NCBI GenBank assembly: GCA_030526225.1
Contig: JAUNDF010000016.1
Span: 1 to 32,000, forward strand
DNA length: 32,000 nt
Source of the DNA: Clostridia bacterium
GTDB taxonomy: Bacteria > Bacillota > Clostridia > Christensenellales > Aristaeellaceae
Direction of reading: 5' to 3'
Shown here: positions 9,153-17,563 of the stretch, piece after piece
How the letters are laid out: each line of letters starts with the position of its first letter
Numbering within the stretch: position 1 is the stretch's first letter
The notes under the pieces: generated by a model
The model's input: only the letters and a program-made list of their open reading frames with translations
The model's database searches: none
What the model was told of the DNA's origin: nothing
Program-made: the position numbers and the translations under genes

Positions 9153-10634
9153 ATGCGCGACGTGCTGAAAATCAATCCGGCGGATAACGTGGCGGTTTGC
9201 CTGCGTGCCGTATCTGCCGGTGAGGTCCTGACCGTGGACGGCTGCGACATCACTGCCGTGACCGATGTGCCTGCAGGCCACAAGCTGGCTTTGCAGGACA
9301 TCGCCGCCGGCGGCCATGTCGTCAAGTACGGCTATCCCATCGGTGAGGCCAAGTGTGACATTGCCAAAGGCAGCCACATCCATGTGCACAACCTGCACAC
9401 CCTGCTCTCCGGCGAACTGAGCTACGAATACAACCCCACCGGCGTGGATGTGGATGCCATGCCCCACGCCACCTTCATGGGCTATCCCCGCAAGGATGGC
9501 CGGGTGGGTGTGCGCAACGAGCTGTGGATTATGCCCACGGTGGGCTGCGTCAACGACATCGCTCTGGAGCTGGAAAAGGCCGCGCAGGAGCTGGTGGGCG
9601 GCGGCGTGGAGGCCGTGCTTTCCTTCCGCCATCCCTATGGCTGCTCCCAGATGAGCGAGGATCAGGAGAACACCCGCACCATTCTGGGCGACCTGATCAG
9701 CCACCCCAATGCCGGCGCTGTGCTGGTGCTGGGCCTTGGCTGTGAAAACAGCGGCGTGGACATCCTGAAAAACTACATTGCCGAGCCCGACAGCCCCCGC
9801 ATCCGCTATCTGGTATGTCAGGATGTGGAGGATGAAATGGAAGCCGGCATGCAGCTGCTGCGCGAGCTGAAGGCCGAGATGGACGGCGATGTCCGCGTTC
9901 CCTGCGATGCGGATAAGCTGGTCATCGGTCTGAAGTGCGGCGGCAGTGACGGCTTCTCCGGCATCACCGCCAACCCGGTCATCGGTGCATTCTCCGATAT
10001 GCTGGTGGCACAGGGCGGCAGCACCATCCTCACCGAGGTGCCCGAGATGTTCGGTGCTGAAACCATCCTGATGGAGCGCTGCAAGGACGAGGAGACCTTC
10101 CGCAAAACGGTTGCCCTCATCAATGACTTCAAGCAGTATTTCGAGAGCCATCATCAGACGATTTATGAAAATCCCTCTCCCGGCAACAAGGCCGGCGGCA
10201 TCTCCACCCTGGAGGACAAGGCGCTGGGCTGCACCCAGAAGAGCGGCAAGGCCAAGGTCATGGACGTGTTGGCATATGGTCAGCGGGTCACCTGTCCCGG
10301 CCTGAACCTGCTCTCCGCCCCCGGCAACGATCTGGTCGCCTCCACGGCGCTGGCAGCTGCCGGTGCGCAGATTGTGCTCTTCTCCACCGGCCGCGGTACG
10401 CCCTTTGCGTCCCCCGTGCCCACGGTGAAGATTGCCAGCAACACCCCGCTGGCAAAGAAAAAGAGCAACTGGATTGATTTCAATGCCGGCCGTCTGCTGG
10501 AGGACCTGCCCATGGAAGAGGTTGCACAGGGTCTGATGGATCTGGTGCTGGCCGTGGCTTCCGGTGAAGAAGTTTGCTCCGAAAGACGCGGATTCCACGA
10601 TTTGGCTATTTTCAAATCCGGTGTTACGCTGTAA
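9153..10634 (+). CDS. uxaA: altronate dehydratase
   Basis: Strong collinearity with E. coli UxaA as I recall it: VGVRNELWIxPTVGCVN, YGCSQ, HPNAGAVLVxGLGCEN, GGSDGxSGITANP, LTEVPEMFGAE, YENPSPGNKAGGIxTLEDKxLGCTQK, LFSTGRGTP, LAIFKSGVTL. Stop is TAA. Confidence 0.95.
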   Translation: MRDVLKINPADNVAVCLRAVSAGEVLTVDGCDITAVTDVPAGHKLALQDIAAGGHVVKYGYPIGEAKCDIAKGSHIHVHNLHTLLSGELSYEYNPTGVDVDAMPHATFMGYPRKDGRVGVRNELWIMPTVGCVNDIALELEKAAQELVGGGVEAVLSFRHPYGCSQMSEDQENTRTILGDLISHPNAGAVLVLGLGCENSGVDILKNYIAEPDSPRIRYLVCQDVEDEMEAGMQLLRELKAEMDGDVRVPCDADKLVIGLKCGGSDGFSGITANPVIGAFSDMLVAQGGSTILTEVPEMFGAETILMERCKDEETFRKTVALINDFKQYFESHHQTIYENPSPGNKAGGISTLEDKALGCTQKSGKAKVMDVLAYGQRVTCPGLNLLSAPGNDLVASTALAAAGAQIVLFSTGRGTPFASPVPTVKIASNTPLAKKKSNWIDFNAGRLLEDLPMEEVAQGLMDLVLAVASGEEVCSERRGFHDLAIFKSGVTL

Positions 10635-10667
10635 AATAGAGGTATCAAAACAAGGAGGTACAATCCA

Positions 10668-11627
10668 ATGAACGCTGTTCTTGAGCAACTGTCTTTGGCC
10701 GGTCTGGTTCCGGTCATTGCCGTAAATGATGCAAACGATGCTGTGCCGCTGTGCAAGGCTCTGGCCGACGGCGGCCTGCCCGTGGCTGAAATCACCTTCC
10801 GCACCGCCGCTGCCGAGGAGGCCATCCGCCGCGTGCACGAGGAGCTGCCCCATGTGATTCTGGCTGCCGGTACCGTGCTGACCACCGAGCAGGTGGACCG
10901 CGCTGTGGCTGCCGGTGCAGCTGCCATCGTTTCCCCCGGCCTGAACCCCACCGTGGTGAAGTACTGCGTGGAAAAGGGCATCCCCGTATGCCCCGGCACC
11001 GCAAACCCCTCCGACGTGGAAGTGGCCCTGTCCTATGGTCTGGATGCGGTGAAGTTCTTCCCCGCAGAGCAGGCCGGCGGTCTGAAGATGATCAAGGCCA
11101 TGTGCGGCCCCTACACCAGCATGAAGTTCATGCCCACCGGCGGCATTAACGAGAACAACATGCTCGAGTATCTGGCCTTCGACAAGATTCTGTGCTGCGG
11201 CGGCTCCTGGATGGTTCCCAAGGATGCTGTGGAAGCCAAGGACTGGGATCGCATTACCGCCATCACCCGCTCCGCTGTTGCCAAGATGCTGGGCTTTGAG
11301 CTGCGCCATGTGGGCATCAACTCCGCAAACGCTGAGGAGTCCCTGGCCACTGCCAAGCTGCTGGCCAAGCTGATGGGCTGCGAGGTGAAGGAAGGCAATT
11401 CCTCCAACTTCGCCGGCACCGGCTTTGAAGTGATGAAGAGCATTGGCCGCGGCACCCACGGCCACATCGCCATCGCCACCAACTCCGTCAAGCGCGCCAA
11501 GTGGCACCTGGAAAATCAGGGCTACAAGTTCATCGAGGACAGCGCTGTGGTGAAGAACGGCAAGCTGATTGCCATCTATCTGGAAGGCGAAATCGGCGGC
11601 TTTGCTATCCATCTGGTCCAGAAGTAA
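10668..11627 (+). CDS. eda: KDPG/KHG aldolase (Eda) fused to a C-terminal VOC/glyoxalase-like domain
   Basis: Residues 1 to about 205 look like Eda: VPVI, AEITFRT, GTV, VKFFPAE with the Schiff-base Lys, PTGG. Residues from about 210 to 319 (about 11295-11624) form an extra domain with [15 protein letters not shown] and AIHLVQ. AAGGAGG RBS. Stop is TAA. Confidence 0.85.
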   Translation: MNAVLEQLSLAGLVPVIAVNDANDAVPLCKALADGGLPVAEITFRTAAAEEAIRRVHEELPHVILAAGTVLTTEQVDRAVAAGAAAIVSPGLNPTVVKYCVEKGIPVCPGTANPSDVEVALSYGLDAVKFFPAEQAGGLKMIKAMCGPYTSMKFMPTGGINENNMLEYLAFDKILCCGGSWMVPKDAVEAKDWDRITAITRSAVAKMLGFELRHVGINSANAEESLATAKLLAKLMGCEVKEGNSSNFAGTGFEVMKSIGRGTHGHIAIATNSVKRAKWHLENQGYKFIEDSAVVKNGKLIAIYLEGEIGGFAIHLVQK

Positions 11628-11638
11628 GCTCACTATTC

Positions 11639-11733
11639 CGGAGACATTCTTCATAAGAATGTTTCCGCGAAGGTTTCCAAAGGGCGAGGGACTTCGTCCC
11701 GCTAAACAGCCCTTTGGTCGCTCCGCAGAGCGA
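11639..11733. repeat. REP-like cluster of nested palindromes in the eda-kdgK spacer
   Basis: A 13-bp hairpin spans 11639-11667. CCAAAGGGC (11677-11685) pairs with GCCCTTTGG (11709-11717) and encloses GGGAC-ttc-GTCCC. TCGCTC-cgca-GAGCGA lies at 11718-11733. No U-tract follows any of them. Confidence 0.5.
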
Positions 11734-11790
11734 AACCCTGAAAACATTGCGACCAATCCACAATTTTTAATAAAGAGAGGATGTTTACCA

Positions 11791-12825
11791 ATGGGTAAGA
11801 TTGTTACTTTCGGTGAAATCATGCTGCGCCTGAAGAGCCCCGCTTTCGAGCGCTTCTTCCAGTCCCCCTCCCTTGAAGCCACCTTCGGCGGCGGCGAGGC
11901 CAATGTGAGCGTTTCTCTGGCCAACTACGGTCTGGATACCGCTTTCGTCACCGTGCTGCCCAAGAACGATGTGGGCGAGGCCTGCCTGCGTGAGCTGCGC
12001 GGCTTCGGCGTGGATGTTTCCAACATCGTGCGCAAGGACGGCCGTATGGGCATCTACTTCCTGGAGACCGGTGCTGTGCAGCGCCCCTCCAAGGTCATCT
12101 ACGACCGTGCCGGCTCTGCCATCTGCGAAGCCAAGCCCGGCGACATTGACTGGGACAAGGTGTTCGAGGGCGCTACCTGGTTCCACCTGACCGGCATCAC
12201 CCCTGCCATCAGCCAGGGCGCTGCCGACCTGAGCCTGGAAGCTGTGAAGAAGGCCAAGGAAAAGGGCATCCATGTGTCCTGCGACCTGAACTACCGCAAG
12301 AACCTGTGGAAGTACGGCAAGACCGCCGATCAGGTGATGACCGAGCTGGTGAAGTACGTTGATACCGTTATCGCCAACGAGGAAGACTTCCAGAAGTCCC
12401 TGCTGCTGAAGGCCGAAAGCACCTCCGACGTGGAAGCCGGCGAGCTGAACGTGGAGCAGTACAAGGCCATCGCCAGCCTGGCCATGGAGACCTATCCCAA
12501 CATCAAGCGCGTGGCCATCACCCTGCGCGAGAGCAAGAGCGCTACCCACAACGACTGGCGCGCCTGCCTGTACAACGGCAAGGATTTCTTCCTGTCCCGC
12601 AAGTACTCCATCACCGACATCGTTGACCGCGTTGGCGGCGGCGACTCCTTCGGCGGCGGCCTGATCTACGGCCTGAACACCTACGACGATGAGCAGACCG
12701 CTCTGGAGTTCGCCGTGGCTGCTTCCTGCCTGAAGCACACCATCATCGGTGACTACAACCGCGTGACCGTATCCGAGGTCGAGAGCCTGATGAAGGGCTC
12801 CGGCAACGGCCGTGTGCAGCGCTGA
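11791..12825 (+). CDS. kdgK: 2-dehydro-3-deoxygluconokinase (PfkB family)
   Basis: Start at ATG 11791 ([14 protein letters not shown]). PfkB motifs GGGEANV and [16 protein letters not shown]. The gene sits with eda, uxaA and uxaB. The upstream in-frame extension to 11569 overlaps eda and the palindromic spacer. Stop is TGA. Confidence 0.9.
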   Translation: MGKIVTFGEIMLRLKSPAFERFFQSPSLEATFGGGEANVSVSLANYGLDTAFVTVLPKNDVGEACLRELRGFGVDVSNIVRKDGRMGIYFLETGAVQRPSKVIYDRAGSAICEAKPGDIDWDKVFEGATWFHLTGITPAISQGAADLSLEAVKKAKEKGIHVSCDLNYRKNLWKYGKTADQVMTELVKYVDTVIANEEDFQKSLLLKAESTSDVEAGELNVEQYKAIASLAMETYPNIKRVAITLRESKSATHNDWRACLYNGKDFFLSRKYSITDIVDRVGGGDSFGGGLIYGLNTYDDEQTALEFAVAASCLKHTIIGDYNRVTVSEVESLMKGSGNGRVQR

Positions 12826-12840
12826 TCTGCCAATTGCACA

Positions 12841-12877
12841 GCACCCCTTCCGCAGCGATGCGGGAGGGGTGCTTTTT
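12841..12877 (+). terminator. Rho-independent terminator of the hexuronate operon
   Basis: GCACCCCTTCCGC pairs with GCGGGAGGGGTGC (13 bp, one G-U), followed by TTTTT. Confidence 0.8.
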
Positions 12878-13051
12878 GCTTTGTATGCTTTTTGCACAAA
12901 TATCCACAGACTGCATAAACATAAAAACGAATGAAAAGTTATCCTTGCAGGGGAAATCCAGCTGAAATGCATGAGAATTACCAATCGGGTAAATTATGGG
13001 CAAGAAAATCACAAATTTGAAAGAGATTATGCAGCAAACCATCAAATCAGC

Positions 13052-13105
13052 CGAAAATGAACTGAAAATGAACCGTAAATGAACAAAAATTCACAAAAAT
13101 GAAGG
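13052..13105. repeat. five phased 11-bp tandem repeats (A-tract array)
   Basis: GAAAATGAAC at 13053 and 13064, GTAAATGAAC at 13075, then AAAAATTCAC and AAAAATGAAG. All repeat with an exact 11-bp period. Confidence 0.7.
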
Positions 13106-13206
13106 AATCAAAAACAAAATCACAGATTTTGCATGGAAATAATTGTTTTTTAAGTGTTTTTTGAATCGAAATTGCATTATTTGTCAAAAAATATTCAATT
13201 TCAGGG

Positions 13207-13234
13207 TTGACATATACCATAAGGCTGGTATAAT
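13207..13234 (+). promoter_or_regulatory. near-consensus sigma-A promoter of the amino-acid ABC operon
   Basis: TTGACA (13207-13212), 16-nt spacer ending TGG (extended -10), TATAAT (13229-13234). Confidence 0.65.
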
Positions 13235-13294
13235 GATATACATAAACAAACAATTCACCGCAGCAAAGCGGCGGAAAAAGGAGGAACCCATCTT

Positions 13295-14053
13295 ATGAAG
13301 AAGCTTATCGCGCTCGTTCTTGCCCTCACTCTGTGCCTTGGTGCAGCATCCGCACTGGCTGCAGATTATGTCATCGGTACCGACAACCCCTTTGTTCCCT
13401 TTGAGTGGATTGATGCCGACGGCAATCTGGTCGGTATTGATATCGAACTGATGGAAGCCATCGCTGCCGATCAGGGCTTTACCGTTGAATGGCAGCCCGT
13501 TGGCTGGGACAGCGCCATCGCAGGCTGCCAGGCTGGTCAGTTTGACGCCATGATCGCCGGTGCCTCCATCAAGCAGGAGCGCATTGACAACGGCTGGCAC
13601 TTCTCCGACGGCTACTACAACGCAGGCCAGTCCATGGCTGTTGCCGCTGATTCCGCCATCGCTTCTCTGGACGATATGGCCGGCAAGATGGCCGTGGCCA
13701 AGATCGGCACCGAGAGCGCCGCTTATGCTGACGAGCTGTCCGCCACCTACGGCTTCACCGTAACCAAGGTGGAAGACGATGCCACCATGTACCAGTATGT
13801 GCTGGGCGGTCAGGCTGACGCTGTGTTCAACGACACCCCCATCCTCAACGCCAACATCACCAACGGTGTGGCCCTGAAGGTTGTGGAAGGCACCGCCAAC
13901 GCCGGCGCTGACTACGGCTTCGCCATCTTCACCGCTCCCGGTGAGGACCTGAGCGATGCTCAGCAGGCTCTGATGGACAAGTTCAACGCCGGTCTGGCCA
14001 ACGTAAAGGCCAACGGCACCTACGATGCCATCCTGGCCAAGTACCTGAACTGA
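13295..14053 (+). CDS. polar amino-acid ABC transporter substrate-binding protein (family 3)
   Basis: Signal peptide MKKLIALVLALTLCLGAASALA. Body typical of family-3 binding proteins (FVPFE, GIDIEL, AGASI). AAGGAGG RBS. Followed by permease and ATPase genes. Stop is TGA. Confidence 0.88.
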   Translation: MKKLIALVLALTLCLGAASALAADYVIGTDNPFVPFEWIDADGNLVGIDIELMEAIAADQGFTVEWQPVGWDSAIAGCQAGQFDAMIAGASIKQERIDNGWHFSDGYYNAGQSMAVAADSAIASLDDMAGKMAVAKIGTESAAYADELSATYGFTVTKVEDDATMYQYVLGGQADAVFNDTPILNANITNGVALKVVEGTANAGADYGFAIFTAPGEDLSDAQQALMDKFNAGLANVKANGTYDAILAKYLN

Positions 14054-14073
14054 TAACCGCATAACAAACATCG

Positions 14074-14104
14074 CGGGGCACTCGCCGTGAGTGCCCCGGT
14101 TTTT
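14074..14104 (+). terminator. intra-operon hairpin/terminator between the binding-protein and permease genes
   Basis: CGGGGCACTC-gccgt-GAGTGCCCCG followed by GTTTTT. Confidence 0.6.
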
Positions 14105-14132
14105 CGCACTCTCTGGATTGGAGGATTTGGAC

Positions 14133-14810
14133 TTGGTTAAGATTATTACAAACTACGGACCGCTGCTGATTACAGCCATGGGGCAAACGCTGCTGCTTGC
14201 CTTGCTTGGCCTGTTTTTCGCGTGCATTCTGGGCGTTGTGTTCGGCCTGATGCGCGTGGTGAAAAACAAGCTGTGCAGGGCCGTTGCCGCTGTGTTTGTC
14301 AATGTGATTCGCGGCGTGCCGATGATTGTGCTGGCCTACTTCGTGTTCTTCGGCATCCCCTATATGTGGAACAGCATCCTGAAGATGCCCAACCGCATCA
14401 CGCTGACGGCCCTGACTGCCGGCACCATCTGTCTGGCGCTGAACTGCGGTGCCTACATGGCGGAAATCATCCGCGCAGGCATTGAATCCGTGGACAAGGG
14501 CCAGATGGAAGCAGCCCGCTCTCTGGGTCTGCCCTGGTGGAAGTCCATGCAGCGCGTGGTGATGCCTCAGGCCATCAAGACCATGATCCCCTCCATCATC
14601 AACCAGTTTATCATCACCCTGAAGGATACATCCATCCTGTCTGTCATCGGCTTCCCGGAACTGGTGAACACAGCCAAAAACGTGGTGGCAACCACCTTTA
14701 TGTCCACCCAGACCTATGCCATCGTGGGCGTGATGTACCTGATTGTCATTCTCGCCCTGCAGCAGGTTGCTAAGATTCTTGAAAGGAGGCTGAAGTATGA
14801 ATCAAAATGA
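14133..14810 (+). CDS. polar amino-acid ABC transporter permease (HisM/GlnP type)
   Basis: Multi-pass membrane protein with the EAA-like loop [23 protein letters not shown]. The start is uncertain. TTG at 14133 sits 7 nt after GGAGGA (14120-14125), whereas the ORF-track start 14091 lies inside the hairpin. Stop is TGA. Confidence 0.85.
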   Translation: MVKIITNYGPLLITAMGQTLLLALLGLFFACILGVVFGLMRVVKNKLCRAVAAVFVNVIRGVPMIVLAYFVFFGIPYMWNSILKMPNRITLTALTAGTICLALNCGAYMAEIIRAGIESVDKGQMEAARSLGLPWWKSMQRVVMPQAIKTMIPSIINQFIITLKDTSILSVIGFPELVNTAKNVVATTFMSTQTYAIVGVMYLIVILALQQVAKILERRLKYESK

Positions 14811-15537
14811 GGTGAAGATTCATGTCGGTCACCTGAAAAAGAACTTCGGCAAGCTGGAGGTTCTTCGGGACATCAATCTGGATATTTACGCCGGCGAGGT
14901 GGTGGTCATCATCGGCCCCTCCGGCAGCGGCAAGAGTACCTTCCTGCGGTGCATCAACGGCCTTGAGGAGGTCAACGGCGGCGAGCTGCTGGTGGATGGC
15001 GTTGATGTGGTCAATCCCAAAACGGATATGAACAAGGTCCGCGAGCATGTTGGCATGGTGTTCCAGCATTTCAACCTGTTCAAAAACATGAATGTCATGC
15101 GCAACCTGACCCTGGCCCCTGTGGACCTGAAGAAGGCCACCAAAAAGGAAGCCGAGGACCGCGCCATGCAGATGCTCAAGCGTGTGGGTCTGGAGGACAA
15201 GTCCCACTACTATCCCGGGCAGCTGTCCGGCGGACAGAAGCAGCGCGTGGCCATTGCCCGTGCGCTGTGCATGGTCCCCGACATCATGCTCTTTGACGAG
15301 CCCACCTCCGCCCTTGACCCCGAAATGGTGGGCGAGGTGCTGGAGGTCATGAAGTCCCTTGCTGTGGGCGGCATGACCATGGTGGTGGTAACCCACGAAA
15401 TGGGCTTTGCCCGTGAGGTGGCCGACCGCGTCATCTTTATGGATGAGGGCTACATCCTTGAGCAGGGCACCCCTGAGGAGATTTTCACCAATCCCCAGCA
15501 CCCCCGCACCAAGGATTTCCTGAATAAGGTTTTGTAA
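14797..15537 (+). CDS. polar amino-acid ABC transporter ATP-binding protein (GlnQ-like)
   Basis: Walker [11 protein letters not shown]-loop, signature LSGGQKQR, Walker [13 protein letters not shown]-loop VTHEM. Overlaps the permease stop by 14 nt. Stop is TAA. Confidence 0.95.
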   Translation: MNQNEVKIHVGHLKKNFGKLEVLRDINLDIYAGEVVVIIGPSGSGKSTFLRCINGLEEVNGGELLVDGVDVVNPKTDMNKVREHVGMVFQHFNLFKNMNVMRNLTLAPVDLKKATKKEAEDRAMQMLKRVGLEDKSHYYPGQLSGGQKQRVAIARALCMVPDIMLFDEPTSALDPEMVGEVLEVMKSLAVGGMTMVVVTHEMGFAREVADRVIFMDEGYILEQGTPEEIFTNPQHPRTKDFLNKVL

Positions 15538-15544
15538 AATAAAA

Positions 15545-15574
15545 GCCGCGAACCGGATATGGTTCGCGGCTTTT
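15545..15574. terminator. bidirectional terminator between convergent genes
   Basis: AAAA-GCCGCGAACC-ggatat-GGTTCGCGGC-TTTT. Confidence 0.8.
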
Positions 15575-15584
15575 CCATATGATG

Positions 15585-16748
15585 TTACCACCCAATCTCC
15601 ACCGCTTCCGCAGGGACATACCCGCGGAGGGTGCCGGATTGAACGAGGATTTTGTCGGGGTAAATCAGCTGCATGCCGTTTTCGGTGTAGCGCCAGCTGC
15701 TGCGGGGGCGGCTGCCGATGACCTCGGGCTTGTCACCGGGGTACAGACTGCCGATGATGTTGCCCTCGCCGTCGGTTACGGTGCAGGCGGTTCTGATGGA
15801 GCGCTCGCTCAGGTCGGAAAACTGCGGCTCACCGCCCAGTCCCTCCAAAAGCATGTAGCCGTACTGGCCGTCTTTGGCGGCCACATGAGCCCACATGCCG
15901 GTGGTGCCGAGGATTTCCACGCCGTCACCGGGATTGTATTGTCCCACCAGCTGGGAGGTCTTGTCAGGCAGCTGCCGCAGATTCAGGGGAGACCGCAGTG
16001 CGGCGGCCGGAGGCCATGCCTCGAAAATATCGGTGTCATCTGCCGGGACAAGGTACTCGGTTTTCATGTAGCCTGCCACGCCGCCGATGACCACATGGGT
16101 CCATTCGCCGTGGCCGGTGCCGCAGAAAAGCCGGTTGGCGACTGCGCCGCTGTAATACCGACCCAGCACGGTGCTGTCCTTGGTGGGGGCGGCGCGCAGG
16201 TTCAGCCGGAGAGTTGTGTTGCTGCCCATCACATACATCTGCCAGTCCTTTTCCCTGCGCAGGGCGGTGACAGGCACAAAGCCGGTGGTGCTGTCGGGCA
16301 GGAGCACCAGCAGCCAGGCATCATCCTCTGTCATGGCCAGCACACGCAGCGCAAGCCCTGCTTCAAGAGAGGCAAAGGGGGCATCATCCGAAGTAGCGCG
16401 GTATACCGGCTGATACCGCACAGCCCCTACATCCCACACTCGGGCAGGGGTGCCGGTTTCGTCATAGGCGAAGGCACCGTCGTTTTCAGCCAGCAAATCG
16501 GTTTCCTTCAGCCAGCCCTGAAGCCCGCCGCAATCCGCCAGCACATAGCCGCTGCCCCGGTCCAGCACCGACAGGGACACATGGCCGAAGAACCGGGCGA
16601 TGACAGGGGAGCCGTCCGAGGGGGCGGTGTACATGTCAATGGCGGGAGCTTCCTCCGTGCAGGCAATGGTGACGCAAAGGCTGTCCTCTGCCAAAGATGC
16701 GGGCATCAGGCACAAAAGGAGCAGCAGAACCAACAGCAATCGCTTCAT
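15585..16748 (-). CDS. secreted protein with about five bacterial SH3 (SH3b)-like repeats
   Basis: Start at ATG 16748 (MKRLLLVLLLLLCLMPASLA signal peptide, GGGAGGGA RBS). Repeated modules such as LNLRAAPTKDSTVLGRYYSG...WTHV..GGVAGYMKTEYL and LNLRQLPDKTSQLVGQYNPGDGVEILG..GMWAHV...GYML. Stop is TAA. Confidence 0.7.
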   Translation of the reverse strand: MKRLLLVLLLLLCLMPASLAEDSLCVTIACTEEAPAIDMYTAPSDGSPVIARFFGHVSLSVLDRGSGYVLADCGGLQGWLKETDLLAENDGAFAYDETGTPARVWDVGAVRYQPVYRATSDDAPFASLEAGLALRVLAMTEDDAWLLVLLPDSTTGFVPVTALRREKDWQMYVMGSNTTLRLNLRAAPTKDSTVLGRYYSGAVANRLFCGTGHGEWTHVVIGGVAGYMKTEYLVPADDTDIFEAWPPAAALRSPLNLRQLPDKTSQLVGQYNPGDGVEILGTTGMWAHVAAKDGQYGYMLLEGLGGEPQFSDLSERSIRTACTVTDGEGNIIGSLYPGDKPEVIGSRPRSSWRYTENGMQLIYPDKILVQSGTLRGYVPAEAVEIGW

Positions 16749-16761
16749 GCATTCCCTCCCG

Positions 16762-17511
16762 TTAATCATCCAGAATCAGGGTGCCGTCCTGCTGTGCTTC
16801 GGAAAGGGCGGCGGACAAATCAGCCATCAGCTCCTCGCGGCTCAGGGGCGGCTGATGCCCGGGGACGACCACGTCAAAATCCAGCAGACGAAGCTCTGCC
16901 AGCAGTGCTTCAAACCGGCGGCGATGGTAGCATTCGGGCTTGTGGTGCAGATCCTCGTAGGTGATGTCACCCAGATACAGCACCCTTTCCTCGGGGATGT
17001 ACACCACGGTGCAGTCATCCGCGTGGCTGTTTTCCAGGTGCATCAGCTCCGCGTGAACGCCGCCCAGGTCCAGCGTCAGGGAGCCGCTGAACACCACATC
17101 GCAGGGCCGCACCCGGATGGCCTGCGGATCGGGGTATTCCGCCAGAATATGCTCGTGGCAGAAGAGGATATCCTCGCCGGATACCACCCGCTGCTCCATG
17201 GCGGGCAAATCCCAGTGCCAGCGGCTCATGGCCTGAAGGTGTCGCTGTGTGTTTTCACAGCAGACGGCAGGGATATCCGCCGCGCACAGACCATAGGTGT
17301 GGTCCCAGTGGCTGTGGGTGATGGCCACCATCCCCGGCGCGAGCAGGCTGCCCAGCGAATCGCGGAAGGCCGCCAAATGCGCCGGGCTGTTGCCGGCATC
17401 GATTTGCAGGGACATTCTGTCGCCGCGCACATAGCCAAGGGCGGGGCGGTCGGTTGCCTGCTATGGCAGGGCGGCGTAGCAGCGGCCGGTCAGCTGATGC
17501 AGCTTCATCAT
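16762..17511 (-). CDS. MBL-fold metallo-hydrolase with one in-frame TAG (a pseudogene under standard code 11)
   Basis: GGAGGT RBS, then ATG ATG at 17511/17508. Translation reads MMKLHQLTGRCYAALP-TAG-QATDRPALGYVRGDRMSLQIDAGNSP...ITHSHWDH (HxHxDH). The TAG at 17461-17463 is in the same frame as ORF 16762..17430. Final stop is TAA. Confidence 0.8.
17461..17463 (-). other. in-frame TAG codon inside the MBL-fold hydrolase gene
   Basis: It is 16 codons after an RBS-preceded ATG and 11 codons before the ORF-track start. It lies in the same frame as the HxHxDH-containing ORF. Confidence 0.9.
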
Positions 17512-17523
17512 GTACCTCCTATG

Positions 17524-17550
17524 AAAAAAGCCGTCTTCCACAAGACGGCT
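17524..17550 (-). terminator. Rho-independent terminator after the 183-aa gene (minus strand)
   Basis: On the minus strand, AGCCGTCTT-gtgg-AAGACGGCT followed by TTTTTT. Confidence 0.75.
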
Positions 17551-17563
17551 GAAAGAATCAACA

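Noticed and set aside
11569-11790. N-terminal extension of the kdgK ORF (418-aa version).
   Set aside because: The extension overlaps the end of eda and reads through the palindromic REP-like spacer. The PfkB homology begins at [14 protein letters not shown] (ATG 11791), which has an RBS.
8772-11924. 1050-aa minus-strand ORF spanning uxaB, uxaA, eda and the kdgK start.
   Set aside because: It crosses three well-supported plus-strand genes and their intergenic RBSs. Its composition is Gly/Ala/His/Gln-rich with no recognisable domain. I treat it as a GC-bias artefact. The same reasoning applies to 7565..9325, 3905..4870, 5035..6339, 11785..12984, 13184..14071, 14770..15591, 15579..16964, 16600..17595, 18341..19786, 19629..20840, 20846..21850, 21523..22653, 23004..23726, 23696..24568, 24875..25705, 25951..27393, 26810..27793, 27658..28461, 28503..29993 and 30027..30653.
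12996-13082. 28-aa ORF MGKKITNLKEIMQQTIKSAENELKMNRK in the AT-rich spacer.
   Set aside because: There is no convincing RBS, only GGG 9 nt upstream. It overlaps the 11-bp repeat array, and that period is incompatible with a coding repeat. I cannot assess conservation. It is kept only as a remote possibility.
13047-13253. 68-aa minus-strand ORF across the AT-rich spacer.
   Set aside because: It overlaps the consensus plus-strand promoter. It is Phe/Ile/Asn/Tyr-rich, as expected from random AT-rich sequence, and has no RBS.
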